DNA of 64,000 bases, from contig OZ024743.1 in the NCBI GenBank assembly GCA_964016885.1, positions 29,574,001 through 29,638,000 of the forward strand. The letters are read 5' to 3'. A program made the translations under genes and the position numbers. Shown piece after piece: positions 1-13,489 of the stretch. The notes under the pieces are model-generated. The model saw nothing but the letters and a program-made list of their open reading frames with translations, had not been told where the DNA came from and searched no databases. Source of the DNA: Eledone cirrhosa (Eukaryota). How positions within the stretch are numbered: the first letter of the stretch is position 1; the number at the start of each line of letters is the position of its first letter.

Positions 1-400
1 TCTTCATCAACTTTTAATTTCAAATTCTTTTAAATTATCTATTATCTTCCAACGGCTTTTTAACTTCTCTCTGTGAGACAATATATATTTTTTCTCAGTT
101 GTAAAGGCTATCTCTCTCTCTCTATCACCCATCTCTCCTCCTCTCTCATCCTTCCTTCTTATACTCCTCCCCCACCATTCTTTACTCCCATCTCCTCCTC
201 TTCCTTACCTTTTCCAACCCCCTCACTTTTTCCCAATTTTTCATATGTTGATTTAAAACTTCACTATTCACAAGTGTTTTTTCACCTTCATATCATATAT
301 CCCTATTATATCTGATGAAAACGCAGATATCATCTCATGATGATATTTGTTTTTGAAATGCGCATAATAAAATATTGGAACTCTTTTAATCATCTTCTGA
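1..400 (+). mobile_element. Penelope-like element 3' terminal (pLTR) fragment, same family as 38040-40199
   Basis: 1-390 aligns by eye with the reverse complement of about 38050-38480 (e.g. attatcttccaacgg, ctatcacccatctctcctcc); contains a hammerhead; followed by (TA)n. Confidence 0.75.
304..374 (+). ncRNA. Type I minimal hammerhead ribozyme
   Basis: tattatat-CTGATGA-stem II (aaacgcagatatcatc/gatgatatttgttttt)-GAAA-tgcgca (palindromic stem III)-TA-ataaaata. Confidence 0.75.
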
Positions 401-494
401 TCTTATATTATTTATACTCCAGTCCTACAAACTGTAGAGTTCTACTTATCCGATATTTGCATTGCTTTATTGTGCTACAATAAAACTCACCTCC

Positions 495-532
<38 letters not shown>

Positions 533-599
533 ATATATACATGATATAAGATGGTAGTCATACCGAGATCGAATATGACTATTGAATGACATTAGCTTT

Positions 600-1200
600 A
601 GACCTCTGGATTCTGTGAATGGATACCGCTCATTATGCACTTTGATGTGCATTTTTAGGCCAGCAGCAGACTCTAATTCATTGCCACAGTTTCTTCATGT
701 CTTTGCTGTATTTCCGGCCATAGTAATTTGGTAATCGACAGGACCATCTGGGAAAATGGTCGTTCTTATCAACCTTGCTGAAGCAGGATATCTTACAGAT
801 TTCGCATGTTAAAACCATTGACATCACTAGTTTATTACCCTTTCTGATATTCATTTTAAATTCTCATGTTGTACCCGAAATGTTTCAAAAACATTGGTTC
901 CTTGATCGACCACCTTTCTCAGGTTACTTGCTTCACAGACTTCAGTTTCTGATTTTCAATATTGATGTTAGTACGTATAAGTGACTCTTTAAGACAGTCC
1001 TTCTATCTTTTGCTGGGATTCCAGTTCTCCGTACAGCATTCTCTTGCCAAGCCGTCTGTTATCCATGCACTCTATGTGACCACTCCATTTCAGCCTGTCA
1101 TTCAAAACTCATTTGTGGAACCTTTCAATGTGTCTTTAATGGTGTCTGTAAGTTACCCATGTTTCACCAACTTACAGTAATTATATGAGAGTACATGCAT
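600..1200 (-). mobile_element. Decayed RTE/BovB-like LINE 3' fragment
   Basis: Minus-strand translation gives RLKWSGHIECMDNRRLGKRMLYGELES (RTE C-terminal motif) and CGNELESAAGLKMHIKVH (C2H2-like). Confidence 0.6.
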
Positions 1201-1379
1201 TATGTACCTTTTCTTTCGTCTAGAGTTATATCCCATTTTGGGACCATAGACGCACCTCAAGCTTTCCCTTCATACTCTATGATTCAAGACCTGTTTAGAG
1301 GTGAACACACTTTTCTTCTACACCAAAGTTCTCTATATTGTTTTCCAGTCGCAGATCTTGTTTTCAATTAGTTAAGAAA

Positions 1380-2600
1380 TAGAAAAAAAAACAAATGAAG
1401 ATTCACAGTATTTGATGTTGTAGACCTCTACTCATCAATATTGAAATCTACCATATAGGTGGGAGATAACGACCATGACGGATATTAGATGTGTTAGTGT
1501 GACTGTACACCCTGTTGATACTGGTTACTAAATTAACATATCGTAATTTATGACTATACAGAGACAATACCTCTGCACCTCATATAAATGCAAATGATAA
1601 CACAATTTAATGCTATAGATATAACTTAATAAACACCTCTTAGGATGATTGTGGCACAATTACTAATTTAGACATTCTATGAACCACAAATATCTTGTAA
1701 ACTCCAACAATATAGAAGTCCAATCAAGTTAACTTACATGAATGAGAACTCCAAACTTTATAGTCTAATACAAAAACATGTTAATCACAATAAAATATGA
1801 CATTTTATGAAATAGAGTCTATTATATTGAAGCAGCAAATAGGGCAAAACGAATGGATCCACTTCTTGAAAGGTGGGAGAAACTGGCTTCCATACCTAGA
1901 AAGCGTAAAACAACTAGTTTACCTCGACTTTCAGTATCATTGCAGGAATAAAGAGGTAATAATTATTTAGGACATGTGGAATTTGACATAGCCTGCTATG
2001 CATAGATAAGACGTGTGAGGATAGCTAGAGTATGCGTATTGATATGCAACAAGTAGGTATTTTTCAACTAAAGATAGGATATGTAGCAATAGAGATGAGT
2101 GTATGAGGGAGTTATAAATTATATATGCTGGTCAGTGGATGTTTATCAATCAGGGTGATAGTTTCTTTTATGCACAGTTTCGAATAAAAAAGGTGACCGG
2201 GATTAGTCTTATTCGAGATCTGTAGAAATTCTTGAATTGAGCAGGGATGACATATGTTCTGTTACTGAAAGGAAGTTCTATTTTTGGTTGCTGTTTAAAT
2301 ATGTTGTGTAAGTACTGTCACCGAGAATGAAGTTCCTAACCTGTTATTTCGAGTAAATTTGAACACTTTCACGATTAGAGTGTTTGCTTTGTGCTGCTTA
2401 AATACGATTGATTGTCAAGTTCAAAATGCATTGTCTTAACTGAATTTTTATTCATAGAAGCTCTGAAAGTTTTGTGACTGGTGCTTATGTTGCGTGCAGA
2501 TAACGCTTATGCTGAGAAGATTTAAAACTACAATTAAGAGCCAGCTATCGGGTTGACACATAAATCATCATGTAACTTGAAGCCGAAATATAAACTAGCA
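1380..2600. mobile_element. Highly degraded Penelope-like fragments
   Basis: Plus-strand RFTVFDVVDLYSSI near 1400-1440 resembles the PLE RT motif; minus-strand TKLSELL near 2460 resembles the post-GIY-YIG TxLSxxIW motif. Confidence 0.35.
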
Positions 2601-3723
2601 ATAAGTTAAAAATGGTCTTCTCATCTTCTAAGAGGGGATTGCATGTGCTTAATTTGTGAGTATCAAGGACCCTACATGGAAAATATATCATCAAGTCAAA
2701 CAAATGATTTGCATGTTACTATTATTTTGTTAACTAGTAGTAACTATAATTAACTTTTTCAAAATATTATATTGTTGCTAATTATTACTGCATTGTTCAT
2801 TATTCTGATTGTTCCTAATTTCCACAAACATTTCCTGTTTATACTTCCCATATCAAGAAAAGCACAGTTTTTAACCATATGAAACATTTATCAGTTTGAT
2901 TATTCATGATTTATGAACAAATCACGTATTTAGTTTTACCAAATGAAATAGTGAAACCCACAATCCATCTTAGATAAGAGAAACTAATCCCAACATTACT
3001 TTACACCATACAACACTGCCATTTGAATATATGAATTATAATCTAATGGCGCGACAAGCGCTTGGCTAATTTAAAGACTATGAAAGATATGGATGTCATT
3101 GGGTTAATAATTTGCATATATAATAAATTAGAATTTTTGTGCATTGCTTTCTGTCCGCATGGCTTTGTGGCTTCCCCAAATATAAGTAAGTACTACACTT
3201 ATATATTAAAGTAAGTAACTCCCCAAACCAAATATGTTCTTACCATTTCGTATCATTCTTCCGTTTTGAAATAAAAGTTGATTTTTAATTACATGCAATG
3301 GCTATACTGTGTGCTCCTAAATTAAAGGTGAGTATCAGTACAAGTTCAGATTTCATAGAAGTTGCCAAGTTGGGCTATTTAAATCTTGCTTTTGTCTATT
3401 AATATTTCATATCCTACATTTGTTTAATTAAGGTTGTGTGGGTGGTCACGATTTAATAGATACTAAACGTCGTTGTATTAAATAAAATGAAATGGAAGAT
3501 GAAATATTTAGCCGAGAATTCTTATCCTGTGTATATTAAAAATATAGCTTTCTTTTTACATACACTTGTACATATTGATAGATAAATTAGACAACACACA
3601 CACACACACACGTACTCACTCTAGCAAAGAAATATATCGATGAAACTGGCTCTCTCTTATCAGCGTTAAAATGCCGTCGACTGTCATTCTGTCGTTTTCG
3701 TTTTTTGTCTTTTCTGTCTCTGT

Positions 3724-3827
<104 letters not shown>

Positions 3828-3994
3828 CACACACACATACACATATATATATATATTTATAAGGAAAAGAAATTGAAAATGCAATTGGAGTCTTTTAAAA
3901 ATATTTATTTATTTACTTTACCGGTTTCACAGTTCATATGATTTTCAAAAGTAAAGTTGAGATGGAAGGTTTGCGCTTCTGTTGCGGTTTGTCT

Positions 3995-4048
<54 letters not shown>

Positions 4049-4178
4049 TAGTTATATAATAACCACCCTGCACGTTTTCTTCAGATGTATAGAGATGTCT
4101 TTTTCTATCCATTGATATGTTACTGGTTTAACGTGTTGTTAACCTCGCTGTCCAGTACTCATCAAATGAATAATTATA

Positions 4179-4248
<70 letters not shown>

Positions 4249-4532
4249 GTATAGTGGACAGAGTCAGAAAAGGCAATATACATACATACATATATATATT
4301 TAATACATATCTTCATTTTTTCATATAAAAAAGAAATACAGAATCTGAATGTCAGATACTCATGCTGATAACAAATCTTTTCCGCCATACACGTCAAAAG
4401 TATATATGAAAAAATGATTGTAATACATAGTTAACGGTGTTAAATTATTTTGGAAAGAAATGGTTATTTAAAAAAAAATCAGATCTGTTTTTAGATGTGT
4501 ACTGTTATGTCATGATACTGCGTCTTACTCAC

Positions 4533-4571
4533 AATTCTTTCTGTTTGTCTCAGAATCGCTGTATTGGAAAA
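4533..4571 (-). other. Candidate 39-nt micro-exon (phase 1-1; xFQYSDSETNRKN)
   Basis: Minus strand: ttttctttcctttttgctag | 39 nt with an open frame | gtgagt. Confidence 0.3.
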
Positions 4572-6419
4572 CTAGCAAAAAGGAAAGAAAAATATCAAAA
4601 AACATTAACCGCTGTTGCTATCAAATATATTTTTTGGTATGATTTAAGAGTGCATTTACTTGTACAGGTCACTGCATAGAAATTTTGATTTACTGTAATA
4701 AATTTGACATTCAGAAATACAAGTACTATCTTCTTGAAATCCGTTTAATAAATTCCTATATATAATATATTATAACTAAATATATAGAGATGAAGAAAAT
4801 ATTGAACAAAAGAAACTTTAGCTGCTGTATAGCTTCCCTTGCTTTCCATGTTTTCTTTATCTTTATTGTTATGCTTCTTTTGACTCCCATTGGCTTTCAC
4901 ATCCTTTTACATCTGTTCATTTTGCTTTTGATTTTTATATGTTATTGGTTCGAGATACCTCCTTTAGCCTGTCATGAATGACTAGCTCTATACGGACATT
5001 TAAATTGATAAATCAACAATAAATAAATAAACTGATAAATGAATAAATAACAGCATCGTATTTTACTTTTTAAGAAATTCTCGAATCGTTTAACCTTGCA
5101 GGCGCTAAATCTTTAATATACTGTAAGAATATATACATAAAAGATAACTTCTCTTATAATCGTTTCTATGTTTTGTCTTGTTATAGTGTTTCTCATTTCT
5201 TGTGTTATTTGATAGTAAATTAACTGAAAATATATCTACATTTCCGGCAACTAATATGGCCATTATGAACATAGAGCGGGTTGAAATTGTGAATTACTGA
5301 AAATAATGTAAGTACTGTATTTGACATGTTGACGTACTATATCTTCACCATATTTAAATAGTGTTGATAGGAATAAAATGTATATGCTTCAGGGAAATGA
5401 AATTTGGTGTAGTAGGAAATATCTGTAAACTTATTTGATTCAATAGAAAACTTTTAGTAGAGATCATATATTTCCCAATTTGTATCCAACAAAACGAAAT
5501 ATGTAAAGTAAATTTGGAGAGCATATATCATTTGGTTTTAAATATTACATAGAATATTAAATGCATCACATTTGCAAAGAATGCGGCTACCTGAAAAGCA
5601 AATAAAATTAAGTTTCTCATTCCCTTTTAAAAATTGAAGACGTGCATACACAAATGAACACATACATACATATGCATGAACACATACATACACAAACATA
5701 CATAAATACAAACACTCTCTCATATACTGATTCTCTTTCTCTCTCTCTTTCAAACCTAAAACTAGAGCGTATACTCTAAAGCAGTGTATTGCTAGCATTT
5801 TTGCAAATTATTCTAAAAATAATTCTCTGAGAATCGCTCTTCATGTACCATCAGGGGCCGGATTGTGAGATGAACCTAAACCTATTTAACCCTCCAGTCA
5901 TTCTTGCAACTATATATAAAACATTCAATTCTTTCATATAGTCTGTTATGGATTACAGTCATTTGACAGCAACCATGTTGGGTTTAAACGCTCACGAGTT
6001 TTAATCCATTACATCAGCACCTGTAATTTTCCCCGTGCTTGTTTTCTCAATTTACAAAGGTATATGTGTAAAATCAACCTAAATATAGAGGGGTTGCTAC
6101 ATATCGGATTGAAATCTGACAAAAGTCCTTAGTTCAATGCAACTATTGTGTTCAGCCAGTTAACACTGCTGCACATACACACCTATACTCAGAAACACAC
6201 ATATATAAACACACACATACATATGCACTCATACACACGCACACATACAAAACACACACCGTCATTGTTATGTACTGATAAATTCAGATTAGTGTCTTCG
6301 TCTTGGCTGTTATAGTCAAAATGTTTCAGATGTCTATGATGTTGGGTAATGTTCCTTTATTCAAGTAGATTCTTCTCATCCAATTGCTCGGAGGCATCAC
6401 TGCCGAACAAAACCATCAA

Positions 6420-8000
6420 CGAAATAGAAAAGGACTATGAGCTCCGTTTAAATACGAAAGATTCACAGGAGCAAAACTGAACCCGGACAAGTCTGTCGGT
6501 TTGCAACTCGGAACGTCAAGAGGCAAACCAATGCCGTCCGACAGCGTCGTCGGACGCTGGACGGAAGGACCGGTGAAATTGCTCGGGGTCTGGTTCGGTC
6601 CAGACCTCCAGGTGGAGAAAAACTGGAACGAGGTCATGGCCAAGGTATCTGCGCTCACCCAAACGTGGGCTGATGCAAACTGTCTTTGAAAGGGCGAGCG
6701 GAGGTGGCGAACACTTTCATAGCGTCCGTCATCTACTACCGCTTGGCTGTCGTGCCTTCTCCCCGTGAATACCTCACCAAGATGGAACGCATGCTCTTCC
6801 AGTTCCTGTGGAAGAAGCAGGCTCCACTGGTGAGGAGATCCGTCTGCTGTCAACACCCTTCCAACGGAGGGTAGGGCATGCTGTTGCTAATGATGTGCAA
6901 ACATGCGCCGAGGCTACGGCTTCTCCAGGTATTCCACACCGACCAACCGGTGTGGGCATCGTTTGTGAGACAGGCCTTCCCACAACTTGTCTCTCTGACG
7001 GATCTGCAGTCCTGGGTCAATCGAAGACCGAAGAAGATAGGTACCTGGCACATTGAATGCGTCCAGGCGCTCACATTCCACTGTCAAGCGGGCACAGCAA
7101 TCAGTGGAGACTCCACTCGACATTCTATAGAGGTTTAGTACTTTACAAGCGCGACGACGTGCTCGGAGAGACTCTATGCGTCGAAGACCACGAGCTCACC
7201 AGTCTGCTCAGTAGGACTTTCCGCCCGGTACCTATGGACAACATCCAGAGGTCTCTGGCCTGGCAGTACTACCGAGGAGCTCTACCCGTTCGAGACAAGA
7301 TTTACAGGCACAGACCCTCAGCAGGGATCCTTCCAAGAGGACGTGTCCAAGATGCGAGCAGGACATTGAAACCATCTCGCACGAAATTATACACTGCCCG
7401 GGCGTAAGCGACATGTGGAACTATGCAGAACAACTGCTGCCGCGTATGGGACAAATCCAGTTGACTGCCGAGTCCATAGTAAGTATCAAACCGCCAGCCT
7501 CTTTCAAAAACGAAAGAGACGCGGTTTTCCTCTGTACAGCGGCTATGGTGAAAGAGGTTTATATGGTGGACGAGATTGAGAGGACTGAGGACAGATGCCT
7601 TTCTCTCCGGACAACAATTGATTCCCTTCTTTAAGTATGACTTTAGAAGGAGAATCAGAGTGGAGAGTGAAGCACTGCACCCCAGTAAATTTACTGAAAG
7701 GTGGGTGAATGAAGCGAAAATGGCCCAAGTGATTGGACCTTGTCTGTTAATAAGCCTGTAGGTTAAAGAAGAGAATAAAAGGAAGAAAGGAGCACTTGCA
7801 CAACACGCTCCTGAAGTTGAGGGTTGTTCTATCGACGGGGTATTAAACAACCCATTTGTAGCGCCTCCCCCCTATTGGGGATTTCGATTGTTATAATTGT
7901 TTGTTTCAATATTTTTACATGACTGTATGTAAAATCCTCGGCCTATATGTCTTTGTATTGTCCCCTTTTCTTGTGCGCCCTTGTGGCAAATAAAGAAATA
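6420..8000 (+). mobile_element. 5'-truncated, decayed L1/Tx1-clade LINE (C-terminal ORF2 and 3' UTR)
   Basis: ORF pieces (VGRWTEGPVKLLGVWFGPDLQ, KGRAEVANTFIASVIYYRL, AWQYYRGALPVRDK) match the 41061-44405 ORF2; ends aataaagaaa then (TA)n. Confidence 0.9.
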
Positions 8001-8529
8001 TATATATCCAGACGTTAAACTCAGCCATTTACAGACTGCGCATCAATATGAGATATTTTTCTCCATAAAGTTCGATCCGTACAACATATGTCTGAGGTGA
8101 CTATTACATGTTAATTTTACGAGCGTACTATTCCATTGCGGCTCAAGGCATGTTGGAAGAGAGCCTTTTTAAGGTATCGCAAATACCAATATTTTTATCG
8201 TGACACCATCACTGTTAACCAAGACTCAGAGAGACTCCGCCCACCCTCACCAAGAGAGGCTATCTTGGGTCAGATCTCAACTTGGTACATTAACCTCGTG
8301 GTAATTCTTTGTTATACGTCTAAAAACCACGCACAAGTAAGACCAGAAGAACGCCTGAAACCCGTAGTCTCTGGAGAGAGGGAGATGTACGGTTCAGCTG
8401 ATTATTTACGTATGGAAAGATGGAGGTACCAAGCATTTGTGCAATACAGTCAGCATTACACCGGATGAGAATACCATTGAACGAGTAAGCGCGTATACTA
8501 GTCTGCATTACATTCCAGAATAGTCTTAG

Positions 8530-9119
8530 CATGAATATTATATGGGGCACTTCAATTAAGAAATAAACCATTTGGCTGAAACATAATAATACAACGACAT
8601 AAGAGTAAAATCAATATAATCCTTAGGTGAGGGTTAAAAGCAGTAGTCTAACTTCTGGTCGTGCGCTCAGTTAATGGGCAAACAAATAAATACATACACA
8701 CCAACACAGTAACACACACACACCATCCTACACACACTCACGCACAAACAAAGACAGGCGTGCATAGACAACTTACCTTCTTCAAGGTAGTTTGCCAGCA
8801 CGGCAATATCTAGAAGTAATCAGCAAAGAGCCAAAAGTAATTGGTGAATTTAACGTTAAGTATTATTATCGGAGTTAATTAGAAATTAAAAGAATCGGCT
8901 AACTAAAACTAAATAAATATGTTTATTTCCAAATATGATGCGGTAAAAATAAATCCAATTAGACAACCTGAGAGAATTTGGATGAATATTAAGTAAAGAT
9001 CCAATATGGCGTATGTTAATTATTAACTGGAAAATAGGTATTCCAGAGTTTTCTTCCTTACAGACAAAGTTAGAATGAAGCTTTTATCAATACACATCTA
9101 TTGGATTAAAACATTAATA
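8530..9119 (-). repeat. Left arm of an approx. 590-bp inverted duplication (partner 13490-14095)
   Basis: Reverse complement matches 13490-14095 along its length (e.g. ctggtcgtgcgctcagttaatgggcaaac). Confidence 0.9.
8777..8809 (-). other. Candidate 33-nt micro-exon, inverted copy (DIAVLANYLEE)
   Basis: ctgattacttctag | atattgccgtgctggcaaactaccttgaagaag | gtaagt; identical to 13797-13829. Confidence 0.35.
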
Positions 9120-9133
9120 CACACACACACACT

Positions 9134-9198
<65 letters not shown>

Positions 9199-9200
9199 AT

Positions 9201-9384
9201 AATTGTTTCTACTTTAGGCAAAAGGCCAGCAATTACCCAGTGCATTACTGGTACTTTATTTTATCGACCCCGTAAGGATGAAAGGCAAAGTCAACCTCGG
9301 CGGGATTTGAACTCAGATCGTAAAGGGATGTAACTATGCTGGAAAGCATGGCGTCCGACCCTCTACCGATACTGCCAATCCACC
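9201..9384 (-). mobile_element. tRNA-derived SINE
   Basis: A-box-like tggcagtatcgg and B-box gttcaaatccc; near-identical to 59431-59620. Confidence 0.85.
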
Positions 9385-9390
9385 AATATA

Positions 9391-10592
9391 TAGTAATAAT
9401 AATCAATTTTAAGACTAAAATCCAAAGAGGGCTCGATAAGGATAAATATATATCAAATATATAAGAACCGTAGAGCAAATATTTATTAAAATAACAGATT
9501 AAAGTTTAAGCAAAGAATCTTACATAGGGTTAGAAATCTACATAGGGTTAACCACCATAGATTCAAGCAGCGTCTTTACATGCATACCCATTCTTTTCAT
9601 TGCCCTCTAAGAAGGAATATGACGTCACTTTCAGCTTATATCTGGAGTCTAAAAGACAACCACACCCAATATAAGTTACACTGGGAGATCCTAGCTAGGG
9701 CTAGATCGTATAACGGAAATAAAAGACCATGTGACTTCTGCGCCGCAGAGGCCCTGGAAATACTCTACACCACAGACCACATCTTAAACAAAAAATCTGA
9801 GGCAATTTCGGTTCGTAAACATAAATTGCACAAAGCTTTCCTGTATTACAGCCCCACATTATACCCTAACGGATAGTTCGATCTATACGTGGATATTTTA
9901 CGTCTTGATGGGGTAGCTAAGTATATGTTATGTTCATACCATTACTTATTTGCATAGGTAAGTATATATTACCTGTATGTTTTGTGAAGGTACGTATACT
10001 TTCTCGTACGTATATTTAATTGTATATGTTATGGCGTATAATTTTTATATATTCTGGTACATACGGTTTGGTTATGTGTATACGGGAGTTTTGCGTCTGT
10101 GTGAGTATGCGGGTTCGTACGTATATAGGGTATGTGTATATGTGTACTTCATGTTTTGGTTGACGTAGTCTCCGAACATTTGTGTATTTACATGTAGGTA
10201 TGTGTGTGCGCTTGTTATATACGTATTTATTTATTTATATACGTTTATTTAATTATTTATTTATTTGTATACACACACACACACACATATATTTATATGT
10301 GCGTGGTTTTGTATACATATGGCAAGTGTTTTCTCGTATGCTTGTGTATGTACGTATTTTTCATGCGTGTAATTGCTTTTCACCGCTCCTATTAATGACG
10401 TATTATATTCGTTTTTTTCCCGTTCTTTGCCAGGGAACATTTCCACGAATAACAGTATCGTCTTCCTGTCTTCCTCCGGTTGCAACGCTTTTTGAAATAT
10501 CCACTTCTGCGTTTACAGATTGACTTTGTTAGTTTCAGAAGATCCCGTTAAGGGTGAAAGCACCGATTCTTTGCTTAAACTTTAATCTGTTA

Positions 10593-10600
<8 letters not shown>
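9391..10600 (+). mobile_element. Penelope-like element (family A): GIY-YIG fragment, 3' region with hammerhead, preceded by an inverted copy of its 3' end
   Basis: ORF 9580-9876 has TSLSAYIWSLKD...LHWEILARARSY...CDFC...LNKKSE (PLE endonuclease C-terminus); 9483-9518 is the inverse of 10566-10600. Confidence 0.85.
10531..10581 (+). ncRNA. Hammerhead ribozyme, family A (core CAGAAGA, U4 mutated)
   Basis: agttt-CAGAAGA-tccc gttaa gggt-GAAA-gca...tgc-TT-aaact; the copy at 56321 has CTGAAGA. Confidence 0.55.
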
Positions 10601-10637
<37 letters not shown>

Positions 10638-10757
10638 GTGATATCACAGTAGGCATTTAAACATGAAAATGCTAGAAATATATCTTACTTTAACGCTTAT
10701 CTGTGTTAATCTCTCTCTCTGTCTCTATTTCTCTTTCTTCCTATATATATATTTATA

Positions 10758-12011
10758 TCAGCACGTTTATTCTCATATTTACACATATTTTTTCCCCCGC
10801 TGTGACCCGTCTATTTCGTTCTTACTGCTTCCTCTTTCTCTGTATCTTTACCCTCTCTAACAGTCACTCTTTTCTTTCGCAGGCTTGGCCAGGCAGGTCG
10901 GCATTTTTTCCCTCTCTCGTCTACGATTTCACAGAACTTATGTTTACCGAATTCACGGACTAGACCCCTTCTTCCTCCCGTTAGACCTGTGCGAAATTCC
11001 TTCCTTGCTCACATTTCAACCAGGTTTGATGGTCTTTATTCTCTCTATTTCACGATTTCACCGAACTTATATTCATGGAAATTTGGGTCTTGACTCGTTC
11101 TTCCTCACTTTTCGTTGCTTCACCATCTTTGTTTGTTTTCACTCTCGCTGTTCCCTTTATTTACATGTCCCAACGACTTTCTTTAGCCGTTGCTCGCACC
11201 AACCGGAGGTATATGGTCTTTAAAGCGAAGAAATACCGATGATGGTTGGAAGATCACTGATGAAGGACCACTTTATTCATATGTAAACCATTTGCAACTC
11301 CGCAGCACGTTTATTCTCATATTTACACATATTTGTTTTCCCCGATTTGACCCGTCTATTTCGTTCTTACTGTTTCCTCTTTCTCTGTATCTTTACCCTC
11401 TCTAACAGTCACTCTCTCTGTTAGCTTCTTCCTCACTCTTCACTCACTCACTCTCTGTTACTACCTCTCCTCCTCCTTCTTCCCGTTTGACCTGTGCGTA
11501 ATTCTTTTCTTTCGCACGCTTGGCCAGGCCGGTCGGCATTTTTTCTCTCTCTCGTCTACGATTTCACAGAACTTATGTTTACCGATTTCACGGACTAGAC
11601 CCCTTCTTCCTCCCGTTAGACCTGTGCGAAATTCCTTCCTTGCTCACATTTCAACCAGGTTTGATGGTCTTTATTCTCTCTCGTTTACGATTTCACCGAA
11701 CTTATATTCATGGAAATTTGGGACTTGACTCGTTCTTCCTCACTTTTCGTTGCTTCACCATCTTTGTTTGTTTACACTCTCGCTGTTCCCTTTATTTACA
11801 TGTCCCAACGACTTTCTTTAGCCGTTGCTCGCACCAACCGGAGGTATATGGTTTTTAAAGCGAAGAAATACCGATGATGGTTGGAAGATCACTGATGAAG
11901 GACCACTTTATTTATATATTATATATATATATATATATAAATAAAGTGGTCTTCATCAGTGATCTTCCAACCATCATCGGTATTTCTTCGCTTTAAAAAC
12001 CATATACCTCC
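10758..12011 (+). repeat. Tandem approx. 635-bp pyrimidine-rich repeat (2 copies) with an inverted terminal copy across (TA)n; probably PLE pLTR-derived
   Basis: Duplicate ORFs 10885-11223 and 11520-11858; CTGATGAaggacc at 11257 and 11892; 11937-12011 is the inverse of about 11838-11912. Confidence 0.8.
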
Positions 12012-12072
12012 AGAGGGGATGGGAGAGTGTTAGTTTTTACTGTAAAAACTAACACTCTCTCATCTCCTCTGG
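12010..12072. repeat. Near-perfect hairpin with approx. 31-bp arms
   Basis: ccagaggggatgggagagtgttagtttttac-t-gtaaaaactaacactctctcatctcctctgg. Confidence 0.9.
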
Positions 12073-12352
12073 CTTTCGGCTGACTGCCATAGACGGGACG
12101 GGTAGCAGTAAACTATGGTACAGGCCTAAATGGGTCATTGTTTGGCTGAGGGTGTGAACTGACTAAGCGAATTTCGTTGAAATCTGCGGTAGCTAATGGT
12201 CAACTTCCTTCGGACATGCGCCTGCGCAGACCGGTGGGGGTGAATTGGTACTCACAGGGGAACGGATGATGAACCCACAAGCACACACTTCGTCCGTTTC
12301 CATGTCGATTCAACTTGGATTGCCTCAGAAAAATAAACTTAATATGTAACAA

Positions 12353-12426
12353 GCTGTCTGATGATATCACGACACTCGCACACAGAAGAGTTTGGCCAGT
12401 GTCGTCATTGAAATATATATCACAGC
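12353..12426 (+). ncRNA. Type I hammerhead ribozyme
   Basis: gctgt-CTGATGA-stem II (acgacact/agtgtcgt)-GAAA-tatata-TC-acagc; perfect stem I, AUC cleavage triplet. Confidence 0.8.
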
Positions 12427-12472
12427 ATTATTATTAAAGGACTTGAACATCTGAAACTACTTCGCTATTACT

Positions 12473-12564
<92 letters not shown>

Positions 12565-12652
12565 GAGAGAGAAATTAAACTTAGGTAAGCGTTACAGTAG
12601 GATTTTCTAGCACTTTCATATGTTTAAATGCCTTCTGTGATATATCGTATAC

Positions 12653-12791
<139 letters not shown>

Positions 12792-12847
12792 ATATAAGTG
12801 AAATGTTTATAAAGGAGAATATACCGTTGAAACATGTTTATATAAAA

Positions 12848-12889
12848 GCACCTACGTACGTTTCGCCCAAAATGGGCTTCTCAAGAGCA
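12848..12889 (-). ncRNA. Hammerhead ribozyme, U3-A8 core variant
   Basis: gctc-TTGAGAA-gccc atttt gggc-GAAA-cgtacg-TA-ggtgc. Confidence 0.65.
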
Positions 12890-13104
12890 TAGAAAACTAA
12901 AATGTTCAGTACATGACTCGAGAGATGTTTTAAGGTTATAATTACATTAAAGTTCAGGGTCGATTATTCAAACAACGGCCAGAGTTACTCCCCCTGCTCT
13001 GTGGCAAACACAACACATGTGTTTGAACGAAGAATAAACTTTGATGTAATTATAACCTTAAACCCCCTCCCGGGTCATGTACTGAACATTTTTTTAGTTT
13101 TCTA

Positions 13105-13146
13105 TGCCCTTGAGAATCCCTTTTAGGGCGAAACGTACGTAGGTGC
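13105..13146 (+). ncRNA. Hammerhead ribozyme, U3-A8 core variant
   Basis: tgccc-TTGAGAA-tccc tttta gggc-GAAA-cgtacg-TA-ggtgc. Confidence 0.65.
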
Positions 13147-13378
13147 TTTTATATAAACATGTTTTAACCATATTTTCTCCTTTGTATTTTCTCCTTTGTA
13201 TTTTCTCCTTTGTAATCTTTCCGCTCTGCTTATATTCTCGCCCGCTAGATATTAGGGCTTCTAATATTTAACCCTGTAGGCACAAGTATTGAGCACATAT
13301 GCACAAGCTATTGGCAACTAACTATATCTATCGCTTATCTCTTCTTCTCTTTCACTATACTTAAATATTCTCTCTGTC

Positions 13379-13478
<100 letters not shown>

Positions 13479-13489
13479 CATAGTATATT

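Larger units (their letters stand above)
12811..13183. mobile_element. Small fold-back element with a hammerhead in each arm
   Basis: Arms about 12811-12955 and 13037-13183 are inverted; (TA)n lies to the left. Confidence 0.8.

Noticed and set aside
10885-11858. Duplicated 112-aa ORFs
   Set aside because: They lie in a pyrimidine-rich tandem repeat, start at TTG and have no protein motif
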